From: Trichoplax adhaerens
Taxonomy: Eukaryota > Animalia > Placozoa
Direction of reading: 5' to 3'
DNA length: 64,000 nucleotides
Assembly: GCF_000150275.1 (NCBI RefSeq)
Contig: NW_002060945.1
Coordinates: forward strand, 259,872 to 323,871
Shown here: positions 27,246 through 39,600 of the stretch, in pieces
How positions within the stretch are numbered: the stretch's first letter is position 1
Layout of the letters: each line of letters begins with the position of its first letter
Program-made: the position numbers and the translations under genes
The notes under the pieces: generated by a model
Database searches by the model: none
What the model saw: only the letters and a program-made list of their open reading frames with translations
Told to the model about the DNA's origin: nothing

Positions 27246-30200
27246 GGACTTTATGTTTAAGGCATATGTTTAACGTAAGTAAGTTATACGCGTTATGTCT
27301 TATCAATTACACATTCAACATACATAACACAGGTAAGTGTTATAATACCCCTTGAACAGTATTTGTATTATTGTTTCTATAATAATAGCTATTAAATTTT
27401 TTTTGTGCTCGAAAACGCTGTAAGTTCATTTTTTGTTTGTTAACCCATCATTCTATTGAATGACAATAAGCGTCTATAATGCTTTAGAAGTCACTAAAGG
27501 TAACACTTATATTAAATGGACATCAAGTGAATATTTGCTGATTACCAAACGTTACATTTCACTGCATATCATAAGCCAGACATTCGTATATATCTACTCA
27601 GGTATATGCAGTACGTTCTACATTTATTAAATAGTTACTGTATATATGCCGGTCATTACGCGTATTGGCCGGACTTCGGGTTTTGGCCGTAACATATACA
27701 AATAATCATAAAATATACAGGATACAATTCTATGCTAGAGTAGTGAAATAGCATCTTGTATCGGAAATTGATAGTTCAGAACTTTTAGAAATTTGTGTCT
27801 TAAGATCACTTTATCAATTAGCTTTTAAAGTTAAAACTGCTCTTTTCTGTTTAAAATGTATCATAGTTCTGCTAGTATTACCGCTATTGGCGTATAATAT
27901 TAGCGGATAAATTACAACTGTATTCTTTAATTTTTATCACAGTATATATGTACTGTGTTTGTCTATTACATAATTATTAACGCGGAGGTTTTTACCTTGA
28001 TGATATATTGTAATGAAATTTAGAATACATCTTCGATTGTCCTGAATTTAAAAGTATTTGTATCCGATTTTCTTTGCTATATGAGAAATACGAATGCTAA
28101 ATGATCTTTAATTTAAAATTGATGAACGTATTCCTTCAACCTTTAATTGCTATAAATAAACCAATTTGCGCAAACAATTTCTTTCTTTTGATTATTTGAC
28201 ATTACTGTGCAGAGATGTACTGATAAATTATTGACAGAATTGATAAATTTATGGTAATTCATGGTAAAAGAATCTCAATTATGAGCTTATTGTCATCTCT
28301 TACTAGTCGGACATTACATGAACTTCTATCATCATAGTATAAACTTCATTTAAGAATATTACCGACTCAAAGTGATGATGATTAATTATAGTTTCAATTC
28401 TCAGTTGTTGCATACCTGCATTGAATTAAATAGACAACAAAGATAAGTTATGCTCTCGTTTATGAATATCAACAAGGAATACACTACTAAACTGTACACA
28501 ATGCCGAATTTATGGTGAAAATCAAGGATCTAGATAGGAGTGTAAAGCAATGATTTTTCAAGTAAAAATACATGGTGTAAACGGTAGCCAGTTTTCATTG
28601 AAATCAGGATTTAATAGAGGAATATTGCTGAGTCGCATGTTGTACCAGCGCTGACTACCATTAGTGCAACCAACATTCTGCCCGTATGCTAGCAAATCGA
28701 ATAGGCTCAGAGATTGTTTTAAGTGCATTTCAGTAAGCAATATTATGTTGGTTATAGTTATTCCTAATTTATTTTACTACAGTTAGGTTCATATTTCATA
28801 CTTTAACTTGACCTAATATTTACACATATACCGTACGAGCGGTAATTCTCTATTTAATTTCGAACTTTAACTGCCTCGTTTTAATTCGGTATAATTTTAA
28901 CCCCAATCCTGGTACTAGCCAATTCAATTCATTTTTTATTATATCTATAAAGCTCCATTACTGCAGCTGCATACAGTTAGAGAATTGTACGCTCAATACG
29001 TACTGTATCAAGTAAGGTATCATAGCAATTTAGATTTGTAGCAACAACAGCAAAGAATGAAGTTTTTTACTTTGATTCATTTATTAGTTTGCATATCTTA
29101 TGGCGGCTGTACCTGTAATAATCAAAGTTATCATATGGACTAATAATCAATTAATCAAATACAGACATTCGTTCTGACATGATAGATATATTGGTATCGT
29201 ACTTCTATACCATTGTCATCTTAATTCGTTTTAACTCTTCCAATATCATAATTTCCATCTTAGCTACGAATTACATTCATACCGTTAACGATTTGAACTT
29301 GATATACTCGTACAGCAGCAATCAACCTACAGATATGTATAGTAGGTAGCAGCCATAAATTTCGAGAACGTCATCGAGTCACCAGTGCGGATGTTATCGT
29401 CCTTTATACAGACTCTGCACGCCATTCCAGATAGCTCTTTATCCAAAAAAGAATAGGTCTTTGATTGTTGCTTCCTCCTATTTCGTATTTTTATTAATTA
29501 ATTGAAAGACATTAATTACCTAGTTAATTGTTACTGAATAAAAATTTCAATTTTTTTCTTTTAAATAATATATAATAATGGGCATTTCAATCGATGAAGG
29601 TATTAATTGTAAAACACTGATTGCAGTACATTATGCGCCATTGTCTATCTCCATGTCTTCCGACATTAGAGTCATAAAGCTGATAATGTAAGCGTATAAT
29701 AACATAAATCACAAAAACGAGGGTATTTTGTCAATATATTATATTACCGGATTATTTTCTCCTTCCCTAAAATAAATAATAAAGACAGAATTTCAATCAA
29801 TATCACCCAAAACAATTTACCTCTGTGCAATTCAATATCGTCAAAAACAGTGTATATATATATTTATACATAGATTTGTGGCTAATATAAATAATTAAAT
29901 ATAAAGCTTAGTTATTAAAGAGTAGCAGCCGAATTATTATTTTCAAAATAGTCTCTAGTTTACAGTTTACGAATATATTGTAAAAGGCTATTTATAAGGA
30001 TGTTAGGCTCTCGATGACGTGTTTAGTGTGACTTTAGGCATATTTGGAAGAGAGTCTCCGAAATTTTTTCTTTTCTTTTAGGCTCTACACTTCTTAGCCC
30101 TCAAATTAATACTGCGTAATATCTGTCTGTAACCATCAATACTATAATAGATAATGCAGTTTCTATTGAAAGAATCGGAATTTCTTCGGCTGTAAAAAAA

Positions 30201-30779
30201 CACTCACCAGTGCCGACAGAGTTAGTCAATGGCCAGCTGTCAAAAATCGCAAGTCATTGACAATAATAGCAGACAAATATTTATAAAGATTGAACTGGCG
30301 ATCTACGGCTAGACATCCATCAATCTTAGGAAGTTAAAGTAACTGGATGGCTGTCTTCTACGAAAAGGCATTAAATATAAACAGCGAAAACATTAAACAA
30401 TGTCCCATATTATCTATTGCGATTGAAAAAATACAATAATTCTCATCGCTGAATTTTTGCATGACGTTAATCGCCTATTTAACCGCGGTCATTTTATTAG
30501 TCTAATTATAGAGGTTAAATTGAGCTAAACCTCTAAATATCTATGATATACTTTAATTGCAGCCAATGTTCTTATTTACTTGACCTCTTTCTTAATTTTA
30601 CCTACTGATTAGTTGATTTCATTGACAAGAAGATTGGCTCAGAGGTATTTATTTAATACACCCTTTCTACATCACAATACAAATACTTAAATATAGAAAT
30701 ATTACAGGATGGGAAATTTTAAAGTAGGATAAGGAGTAGTTTTAATTGTTGATGAAGTTCAAAGTCTACATTTTATATT

Positions 30780-32300
30780 TTCCCTTTTTTAATTTACCAG
30801 TGCAATTCAGAAGATTCTACTTAGTAAAAGGAAGCTTATCTACTGGATATTGCATAAACAAATGAACATTTTAACCAAAGCACATCGAAATAAATATGTT
30901 TTACTTTATTAGATATGACTATATGAGAATACATATAATTTTAGTCTGTTAATGAATAAGTAGGTCTATATCTATGGTGACAACTCGAAGTATTTTATAG
31001 TACATCCTAATTTTTTGTTCGTGATGCATTAGTTAACAGTAATCTATGACTACTTAAAAGCAAGCATATCGTTTATGATAATATTGTCCAATGCGACGAC
31101 AAGTACGAAAAAATCAAATTTACAGCTTCAAATATTTCAAGACTGAAAAATTTGAAGGAGGAGAATAAGTAATACAATTATTGATGAAGTTTGCAGTTTA
31201 CATTGTGCACGTATTTACATCTTCCTTTTTTATAATCTACTGGCGCAGATCGAGGGATTCTAAAAACTAAAGGGAATCTTATCTACGGAGTATTGTATAA
31301 GTAAACAAACCATTTTAACCTTAGATATCGGAATAATTATTTTTACCGTATTAATTAATAAATACACTGATATGAAAATTTAAATCTGCTAATAACCAAA
31401 TCTGTAGTTGAGAATGCAGATAATTTTAATTTGCGAATAAGCAAATTGACGGTCATCGCTACAATTTCAAGTATTTAACAGCAAATGCTAAGTCGCTATC
31501 CGTAACGCAATAATTAAAAGTAATTTATGACTTCTTAAAAGCAAATACACCGTTTAGGATAGTATTATCCAAAGTGACAATAAGTACAGTCACGATCGAA
31601 TTTACAGTTGCAAATATTACGGGGCGAGATATTTAAAGAGTATAAAAAATAATCTTTATAATCATTACTGAATTTCAAAGTCTTTTATCGTAATTTACAG
31701 TTTCCATCTTTGCAATCTGCCGATACAGATCGGGATATTTTAATCATAGAAGGGAATCTTATCTCTTAAGAACTGTGTAAACAAACTAATTTGCCTTGGC
31801 ACATCAAAATAACTAATTTTACCTTAATAAATAATAGACACCGATATCAGAATACAAGTATCTCAGTCTGATAATTAATAAGCAAATCTATATCTATAGG
31901 GGCCTTTTCAAGTATTCATAACAAATCCTAATTCACTGTCCACGATGCAATAGCTAACGGTAATCTATGACTACATAAAACAAGTGTAGTATTAACGATA
32001 ATATTGTCTAAAGCGATAACAAATACCGTCATGATCGAATTTATAGCTGTAAATTTTGTCTATTGAATACTGTGTAAACAAGCTATTTTTGCTTTAGTAC
32101 ATCAAAATAACTATTTTTACGTTATGAAATAATAAATACACTGATATGAGAATACAGACAACTTAAATCTGCTAATTAATAAGCAAATCTATATCTAGCG
32201 TGATCATTTTAGTACGAGTATTCACAACAAATTACAATTTGCTATTTGTGATGTAATAGTTAAACGATAATCTAAGACTGATAACATTTTCTAATGCGAT
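30780..32300. repeat. Old degenerate tandem repeat, ~4 copies of ~300-480 bp, upstream of CYP51 copy A
   Basis: Recurrent anchors: GGGAATCTTATCT (~30829 variant, ~31272, ~31752), AAT(C/T)TATGACT (~31041, ~31522, ~31962, ~32269 variant) and AAT(A)AGCAAATCTATATCTA (~31877, ~32178). Confidence 0.75.
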
Positions 32301-33596
32301 AGCAATCAATCACCAGCAATTACTTTATTGCTTATGACAGCATCTTCATTCCTGATATGTAGCCTCGGAATGCGTATGGCTCATTTGCCTGCGTGGCAGT
32401 AAATGAATCCTTTATGCTATTGCTAACGACATGAGTTGACTTATTTTAAAAAGATCAATAGAAATAGTTTGTCTTTCCCAGCATGAAATGAATCAATCTA
32501 TGCTGCAGAAGAGCCGATATAGCGATCAACTAATAAACTAATACCAATTTAAAATGAATAAAGCATGCGTTTCTTTTTCTAGGTCAACTATTACAGTTAT
32601 GTTAGAATGAATGATTAGTCAATGAATAAATGATAAGGTTAAATTACTAACTGATATGGGTGAAGAAGACAAAGTAATGATTGCTATTTAATAGAGACGT
32701 CAAATAATTTCAATTTTTTTTTTTAATAATAGCTGTTAAAATATATTGAGAAAGATTTAAGAATGGACTTATGCTCTCATTCATGTCGACTAAATGTTCA
32801 AGAAAAATAGCAAGTTTTTATGTATCTTAGATTCTACATAAATCAATCAGGAGAGGCAATAATTGTCTAACAGAGTTATTATCATTTCAAAGAGCCAAGG
32901 GAAATGAACAATTCTTGAAACCCAGCTTTGAGTAAAATATTTCAATATAAAGTTAATACGATTATGGATTGCCCAGTTTCCGTACAATAGGTGATTTTAT
33001 TTTTATTTTTATATCCATATAAAACGGACCAGCTCTTAGAAATCGGTTCAGTGAACAATAATCCAGTCATTGTCGTAGGCAGTAACAAATTTGACTAAAA
33101 ACTGTTCCTGTTTAAGTTAATCAATATTAAGTGCGCCTTCATTCATATAATTTACGTCTTCAATGGTTTCAGTATTGAAATACGTATATAATAATGTCAG
33201 ATATTATTATCGGCGTATCCTAGGTAATTTTAATTCTGGACCAAAATAGAACTTTTCTAATATGAATAAATAAACGTCATGATAGTCTATTCAAATATTA
33301 GGCAGGCAAATAAGAAAGGTGAAGAAAATTGTTATTAGTTTCCTTTTTTAATCTGTCTAGGAAAAATAGCAGAAAACTGTCAATTAGTAATATAAGATTA
33401 TGGACAATACCGCCTTTGCATTATATAAGTCTGAAATGGAAAAAAACATTTATTTGGTACTTATTCTAATTTTAAAAGAAAAAATTTTTAGAATACAATG
33501 ATTTTTTTCTATTGACTACAAGAATCCTCCTTTATCTTATTCCATAACGTCTTTATTTTATAATAAATCTGAATTAGAAATCGATGGTAAGCCTGT

Positions 33597-33612
33597 GTAT
33601 AAAATATAAATC
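33597..33612 (+). promoter_or_regulatory. TATA-like element upstream of the proposed first exon of CYP51 copy A
   Basis: GTATAAAATATAAATC lies ~55-65 nt before GCC-ATG at 33664. The background is AT-rich, so this is weak on its own. Confidence 0.3.
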
Positions 33613-33663
33613 AGTTAGTCAGCGTCATTTATTTCTTTGCACTTTTATTACCTTCCACTCGCC

Positions 33664-36600
33664 ATGTATATTCTGACAACTTTATTGGATCAAATGTGGT
33701 TAAAATGGGACAATATCCAGTCCATGTTATCCACATGGTGGTTAATAACAACTCTTATTGCCTTATCATTTTGCTGCTATCTTAAACGATTTTTATTGGC
33801 TAAATATCGCGATTGCAATAAAAATCCTGATCATAAAATGAAAGAGAATGAGGTCAGTTTAATAATTGATTAACGATTTATATTTCATATGTAACTCAAA
33901 ATAATCTAGCCACAATCAGAGCTTAATTTCTTCCTATACTTCAATTTTCTCCGTAACTTGACGTCAATATTTTCTGGAAAGATAAATTTGAATTTCACGC
34001 TAGCATATACTTTAAAAATACATCAGAAATCGTATCTACTCATCTTTCGATAATTAACTAATAGCTTAACTACCTTAAATCTACTCTAATAGCACTATCT
34101 AAATGAGAATACAATAGTCTATCATAGAATAGAAAGTATAAAATATAAGTTTGGTAAATTTTAAAGACGATATTACGAATTGTATTTTATAAATTTTTAC
34201 ATCGCTTTCAACTAAATAAATGGATCGCCAATTCGATAAAATACCAATTCGTGACCGTTACTTACCAATCTATTATATACCTTAGGCTATTTCTCTATCA
34301 TATTGATTTCAATTATGTCTAGTAAAGTTATTATCTTATCAATTTCGTATACTGTAATCCTTATATACGCTTAGTTAGATTATCCTTGAGAGCATTATAA
34401 TTATGACAGCTTTACCTATCTATTGTAGAGTTTACTTACTTATTCATTTTTTTCAGCCAACTCCATTTCGTTAAATTGGCAAAAGATTTGTTTATTTACA
34501 TAAACATGCATTCTGACTTAATCAGATTGATCAGTTTTCAAGACTCGTTAGTAATTTACGGTTGATAAAATAAAACTTTTGTTTGTCACAATACTCGCTT
34601 CTTTTTATAATAGAATCTTCAATGTCATTCTTAAATCATAATTGAGCTATCTACGCAGTCTTTAAATTTATTTACACTTAGTAAACTCATCGCCATTCTA
34701 GATGACCGGTAGTAATCGAAAGTAAACTTGGTACATTCATCAAGTACTATTAGAGCTGTATATTCGATTTAGACAGTAGTTAATTTAACATAGCTTCTAA
34801 TTACTAATTCTTGTCATCTAGCTACTTGTTCTAGATTTAATCTTCGATAGCTCAGCATCATAATCATGTACAGAATCACTGCTATCCATTTGTATTAAGT
34901 GGACGATGAATTAGCCACGCAAATAGCCATAGTTATGAAAGTCCAACAGTGCAGATAATCTTGTACTACTATGACTACATACTAGTATAAGATTAAAATT
35001 ATAATCATTATGAAATGATACGGATTTATGATATGCATAGCTACATGATTAATTAGTACCTAGTTCTTTGGTATAATTATCATCGTTCCATACGATTATA
35101 TTACATGTCATTGTAGTAATTATTACTAATATTTTGCTTCATTCAATTTCTTGTGAATTTATATTATAATAGCAATCTTTTATGTACTATCTATGCTATT
35201 CTTATAGATCAGTCTATTTCAGTTTCAAAATTTTAATTTAACCACTTCTATAGCCCGGTAATGGTTTGTAGCCATTTTATTTCATGTATCATGTAAACTC
35301 ATCTTTTACTGTATACATTAAGTATTTCTATCTAAAAATTGAGTGTTGATTCTATTAAGGCTAGAAGGCATTAAATAGAACTATATAGGTCATAAAGTAA
35401 CTCATGTAATGATCTTATGGAGAGATTTTGACGCCCTTTGATAGATAGGGCATCAATATTTAAACTTGACCTTAAGTGCATCCATACATGTTAGCACCAA
35501 GCTTGAAATTGTAGAAAACAAGGCAGTATCTCAGGCTTAGTATTAACTACATGTAGGGCTTCGCTTGCAGTTACATCGATGCAGCTAGACTACTCCATCT
35601 AATACACATAGTAATGTTCTCATTCCCGATATATGCGGATCTCTTGGTGAAAGGTTCTGTAATCTATTCGTATCTACACAGACTATACGTGCATATGCAT
35701 TGGTATAAGTCTAGCACTACAATTGTAGAAGTTTCTCCAGTTTTTCTACCGGATATTATGACAAGCTCATTCTTTATCGACTATATATTCGTATTGTAAA
35801 GTTCATTTGATAATTGCATCATATCAGTATCTTGTTGAATGATTTCAGTACAATTCTCTAGCAAAATTTACAGCCATAGACAATTCTATTAGTATGTCGT
35901 ACGATAATTAATTGAATCTGTCTGACAGATAATCTAAATATTTTAAAATCATTCTAGAGAGTCTAATATTATCACTTTGTATTCAATAAATCCTTATAAA
36001 GTCATATACATATTAATTTTAATCATTTTAAACAACAGTTTCGTCATAGAAACGATACGAACGGCAACGATAAGGTTTAGTCAAAGCAATTTTCAGTTAA
36101 GTATACATTACTGGTGTATTGTTACATACATAGTTACTCCATATTCAGAAAGTCCTTATAGAGTCATGTAGCGATAAACTTTAATTATTTCAAGCTGGAG
36201 TTTTCCTCATAGACGCGATATGAACAGCACCGATAACGTTTAGTCAAAGCAATTTTTAGTTCAATATATTTATTACTGGTTGCTACATAAAACCATTCCT
36301 TCAACAGAATAGCTACTACCTTCCATGTAACAGTAAATTAACAATTTTATCTTTTCTGTAGATTTGCTAACATCTTTAGGCTTGCTATTACTTTTTAATT
36401 ACTTCTTTCATTTCTTGCGAGATTGCAACTATGACTCGTTTTGTCTAGTGTTATGTATGAAAACAACTTTATCCAACTAGTTAAGCATCAAAATGCTATC
36501 TAACATTGCATCCAACTAATTGTTGTATAAGACACGCCGTGATGCTTTCGCAATATTTTAAAAATAAACAGAAAATCCGTTCGATTGGCTATTGTCTTAA

Positions 36601-39600
36601 TTCCACGTATTATTAGCTCGCCACAGAAAGTTATCGATGAATATGTTAGAGTATTCACGTAAATAGTTATGAGGTATATTTTTTCTCTCATATTTTAACC
36701 ACTATGAATAGAATAGATTGTTATGATTTTGCCCCAGGATATATCCTTGACAATTAATTCATTTATTTTCTAGTGTTATAAAACAAAAACTAGAAAAAAA
36801 ATTTACGATACACAAATTTATACGTGAATTATTTTACTAACTTGCTTTTGGTTATCATATGGTAAAGCTTAGAGAAAATGGTCACATATTCTATGTAATA
36901 GCAAATTTTACCCCAATACCCGTCATAATCGTATCTTACATACACATAACATTAGATATCATAAGTTATAATTTTGAAATAATTGAGGATGAAATCTCGA
37001 AGCGATGAAGCATCCTTTATTAATAATTATTATTAGAAATAAATGGATAGAAAAATCAGCTAATGGTAATACTGAAATTCAAAATTTTATCGATGCATTT
37101 ACCCTTCTATCTTGCGTCCTTATTCTATTCCGTTCATTTTGATCTACTAGGTCCATAGAGTCAGATATTCTGTCACCTATTTTAAATGTTTAGTTTTAAT
37201 CTTAGTTCAATTATTATTATTGTGAAAATCAATTATTGATCATCATCAGTTTTTTAGTATCTTATAATCTGAAAATGTTTAACTACTAATAGTAACTCTT
37301 AATAACTGTTACTCTTTACTCTTTTAACGATGACATTATATTGCAATCATACCAGTAAGCCTGCTACTAATGTTATTAGTAATCAATTACTGATTTCTTC
37401 TGCTGCTTGTCAATTCAGAAAAAAGTTTGCTATTATTTCTTTAAAGTAAAAGCATAAGGAAAAATTAAATTACTGTGACAGACTATGATTGTACTGAAAA
37501 GTGAAAAACTAGTAACCGATCTTATAGCATAGCAGGGCCTTGATTGATGTGAAGTCATCGAAAATATAAAAGAAAACTATATTTATTACTTTCAAATCTC
37601 TATAATAAATTTGATGATAGTACTGTTAATAGAAATTAGCGAGCTTAGTTAATAAGATTATTGAAATGGAAGAACTAAACTTAATAGCTCATTAGAAGAT
37701 ACTGTAATCTATACTGTATAATTGTTTCTGATAGTTTAAAGCTATACGCTGGCATTATAGTTTTTACTCAAAACCAATTTGATTTCTAAGTTTTTATTTT
37801 GACTACAAATCCGTAAAATTGTGTCATGCTATTTTCGATTATATTAACTTTTTGTTTACTATTCTGAAAAAGACTTATAACTAGTAAAGCCTTTTCTATT
37901 GGCAACAAATGCTTATGATATATGGCATTCTTGAGGGATCATTATTTTGTATTTGAAATTGCTGCGCTAGTCAAACTTAGTTATCAATTGTAGTGTTAAG
38001 TAGAATATTACAAACAGTATAGAACAACAAATAATATGCTAATTTGCTGCATATAATATCAAATACTCTTTATTGAAACGTGGTTTACTTCCAAGACTTT
38101 AGTTCCTTTTGTATTTTATAGATACCATACTTATTCAATTTGAATAATTTATAAAAAAATAAGCTAAAATTTGTCTGACATATTGATAATATCATCGTGA
38201 TTGCAGGTGTAGTTGTAATTTTAATTGTAAGTATGACATAAAATCTTAATTATCACGATGATAGCAGCTGATTTCGATAATTCCATATCACACTAAACGA
38301 ATTTTTCGATATACATTTATCAGAAATGTCACAAAGAAATTAAAATTTGTCAGGAATTTCCCATAAGTGGATGATACTCCTATTGTTGCCTGAAATAAAA
38401 TTAAAATTTACGCTGATGCAATTATTTAACAAGAAAAACCAACTTTGATCATTTTAATTATTCTCATCATAAAATGATGATCTATACATTCTTTAAAGTA
38501 TGAAGTATTTGCTATATTATTTTTTGAAAGAACTATAAGCAATAATTTCGAAATTAAAGTTTCTTTTTCTCGTTTTATGGTAGTGATAATTTACTGTACT
38601 TTACTCCAGATAAAAGAGAATATTTATAAAGACAGGATCTACTGTTGTGTTCTTTGAAGAATTCAAAGAAACTTTTTGGGAAAAGAATCTATCAAGGTGT
38701 ATTTTATAGTATTCCGTTGACGGTAAAATATGAATCAATAAGCATTCTCGGGTCCTACTTTTTGCATAAACCATGAATATAAACATCTAAGAACTACTAA
38801 TCACCTTAATCAGATCGAGTTTACTTCGTATCAATTAGTAAGGGATATTGATACCATCAAAAGTCATTCTTTTAATGCAGAGTTTTAGTTCCGCAGTACT
38901 GCCAGACAATATCTGTCAATAATATAAGAATGTAATACATAATCTGCTTCGAAGTGAATACTGATGCATTTTTTCTTTCGGCTTTTATTATCTTAAGATA
39001 CTCTTGCAGCAAGAGATTTTATAGTAACGCTGTAATTTTCTCGACCAGTTATCGCATGCTATGAATATTATTCCCTGTAGTGTAACCCTAAATTAGCTTA
39101 AGATTAAAGTCAGAATTAGAAGCGCAAATCATCAATAGATTGTACAATGGAAAATTTACAATTGATCTTGCGACTTGATAGGCAGGAAATGATTGTGTTG
39201 CTAAAAAATCATTCTGTAACAAATCATACATAAACAATGAATTTTGTTATAATAATTTAGATTGTCTGATCGTAGCTTGATAATTGTTAGCAGTTATAAG
39301 ACCGATCTAAATTATGTAATTAAGTGAAGTTTACAAGAAACTACAGTTCTTACATTATTATTTTGATATTTTATTACATTTCCCATTACTGCGGATGTAA
39401 AATCAAGCGAATAATGAACTGCAACAATTCATGCCATGCGAATACATCATTGCATAAAATATTTCATTTTTAGTTAAAATCATTAACATTATAGTTGATT
39501 TCTTATTAAGTTTCTTAAAGCTACTTACCTGGCTTTTAATTAACCAGCTAGATACTACGTATGTTATGTAGGCGCGATAGTACATGCGTGTATATGTAAT

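Noticed and set aside
28280-30400. Short ORFs and GC-richer patches (e.g. 28558-28740 minus, ~29330-29475 minus)
   Set aside because: No recognisable motif, no consistent exon chain and no transposon hallmarks.
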